DNA from: a virus
Lineage: Duplodnaviria > Caudoviricetes
Reading direction: 5' to 3' (one strand)
Length of the DNA stretch: 32,487 nt
Virus record (IMG/VR): IMGVR_UViG_3300005432_000008
Location: 1-32,487 of that record
Position 1 is the stretch's first letter; every line of letters starts with the position of its first letter. The notes under the pieces were generated by a model. The model was given only the letters and a program-made list of their open reading frames with translations. It was not told where the DNA came from and searched no databases. This document shows, one piece after another, positions 32,188-32,487 of this stretch. The position numbers were made by a program, and so were the translations under genes.

Positions 32188-32487
32188 TCAGATTACGCGA
32201 GTTTTTTCGTGACCAACCCTGATACGAGGATCGCACCAGATTTCAAATCCTTGCTCTTTTGCATCAAGACAGAATGAGACATCCTCACCACACATGTCTT
32301 GAACATTTCCACTCTCAAAGACTTGCATCTTAGGAGCAAACCAAGGGTATTCCAGATTCTCAAAGACACCCTTCTTAATTAATACCCAACCAAATCCAGT
32401 GTAGTCAACAGTAAATGGCTTACGACGCTTCTGAATGGATTCGACAGTTTCGTGATTCATCACTCCACCATTCTTACGGAAATCATC
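32188..32487 (-). CDS. 3' part of a glycosyltransferase-like protein (GT-A/GT2-like), start outside window
   Basis: TGFGWVLIKKGVFE...PWF...GEDVSFC..A...GFEIWCDPRIRVGH matches the GT-A C-terminal ED motif region. The frame is open to the window edge. Confidence 0.75.
   Translation of the reverse strand, partial: DDFRKNGGVMNHETVESIQKRRKPFTVDYTGFGWVLIKKGVFENLEYPWFAPKMQVFESGNVQDMCGEDVSFCLDAKEQGFEIWCDPRIRVGHEKTRVI

Noticed and set aside
1-32487. Bacterial contractile injection system or prophage interpretation
   Set aside because: A terminase small subunit, neck proteins gp13 and gp14, T4 gene order and late promoter boxes point to a T4-like phage. No host or integration genes are present.

Overview
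This window is part of the late structural region of an AT-rich T4-like myovirus, most likely a cyanomyovirus judged by gene order and protein families. All credible genes lie on the minus strand. In transcription order they are: a partial glycosyltransferase-like gene, small ORFs and a 227-aa hypothetical, gp25, gp6, a giant gp7-like protein (4382 aa), gp8, a VrlC/DUF4815-like structural protein (2527 aa), three small coupled ORFs (one NblA-like), gp13, an enlarged gp14 (945 aa), gp15, gp16, and the start of a further gene. T4-type late promoter boxes ([A/C]TAAATA) precede several genes. I saw no tRNA, rRNA, CRISPR array, intron, intein or mobile element. I cannot show a clearly new biological system. 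The best leads are an NblA-like microprotein inside the virion operon, repeat modules shared among and nested within structural proteins, a Ser/Thr tail on gp6 near a glycosyltransferase, and a tandem-hairpin region overlapping an unannotated membrane peptide. All family assignments come from recognising motifs and synteny by eye; no searches were run.
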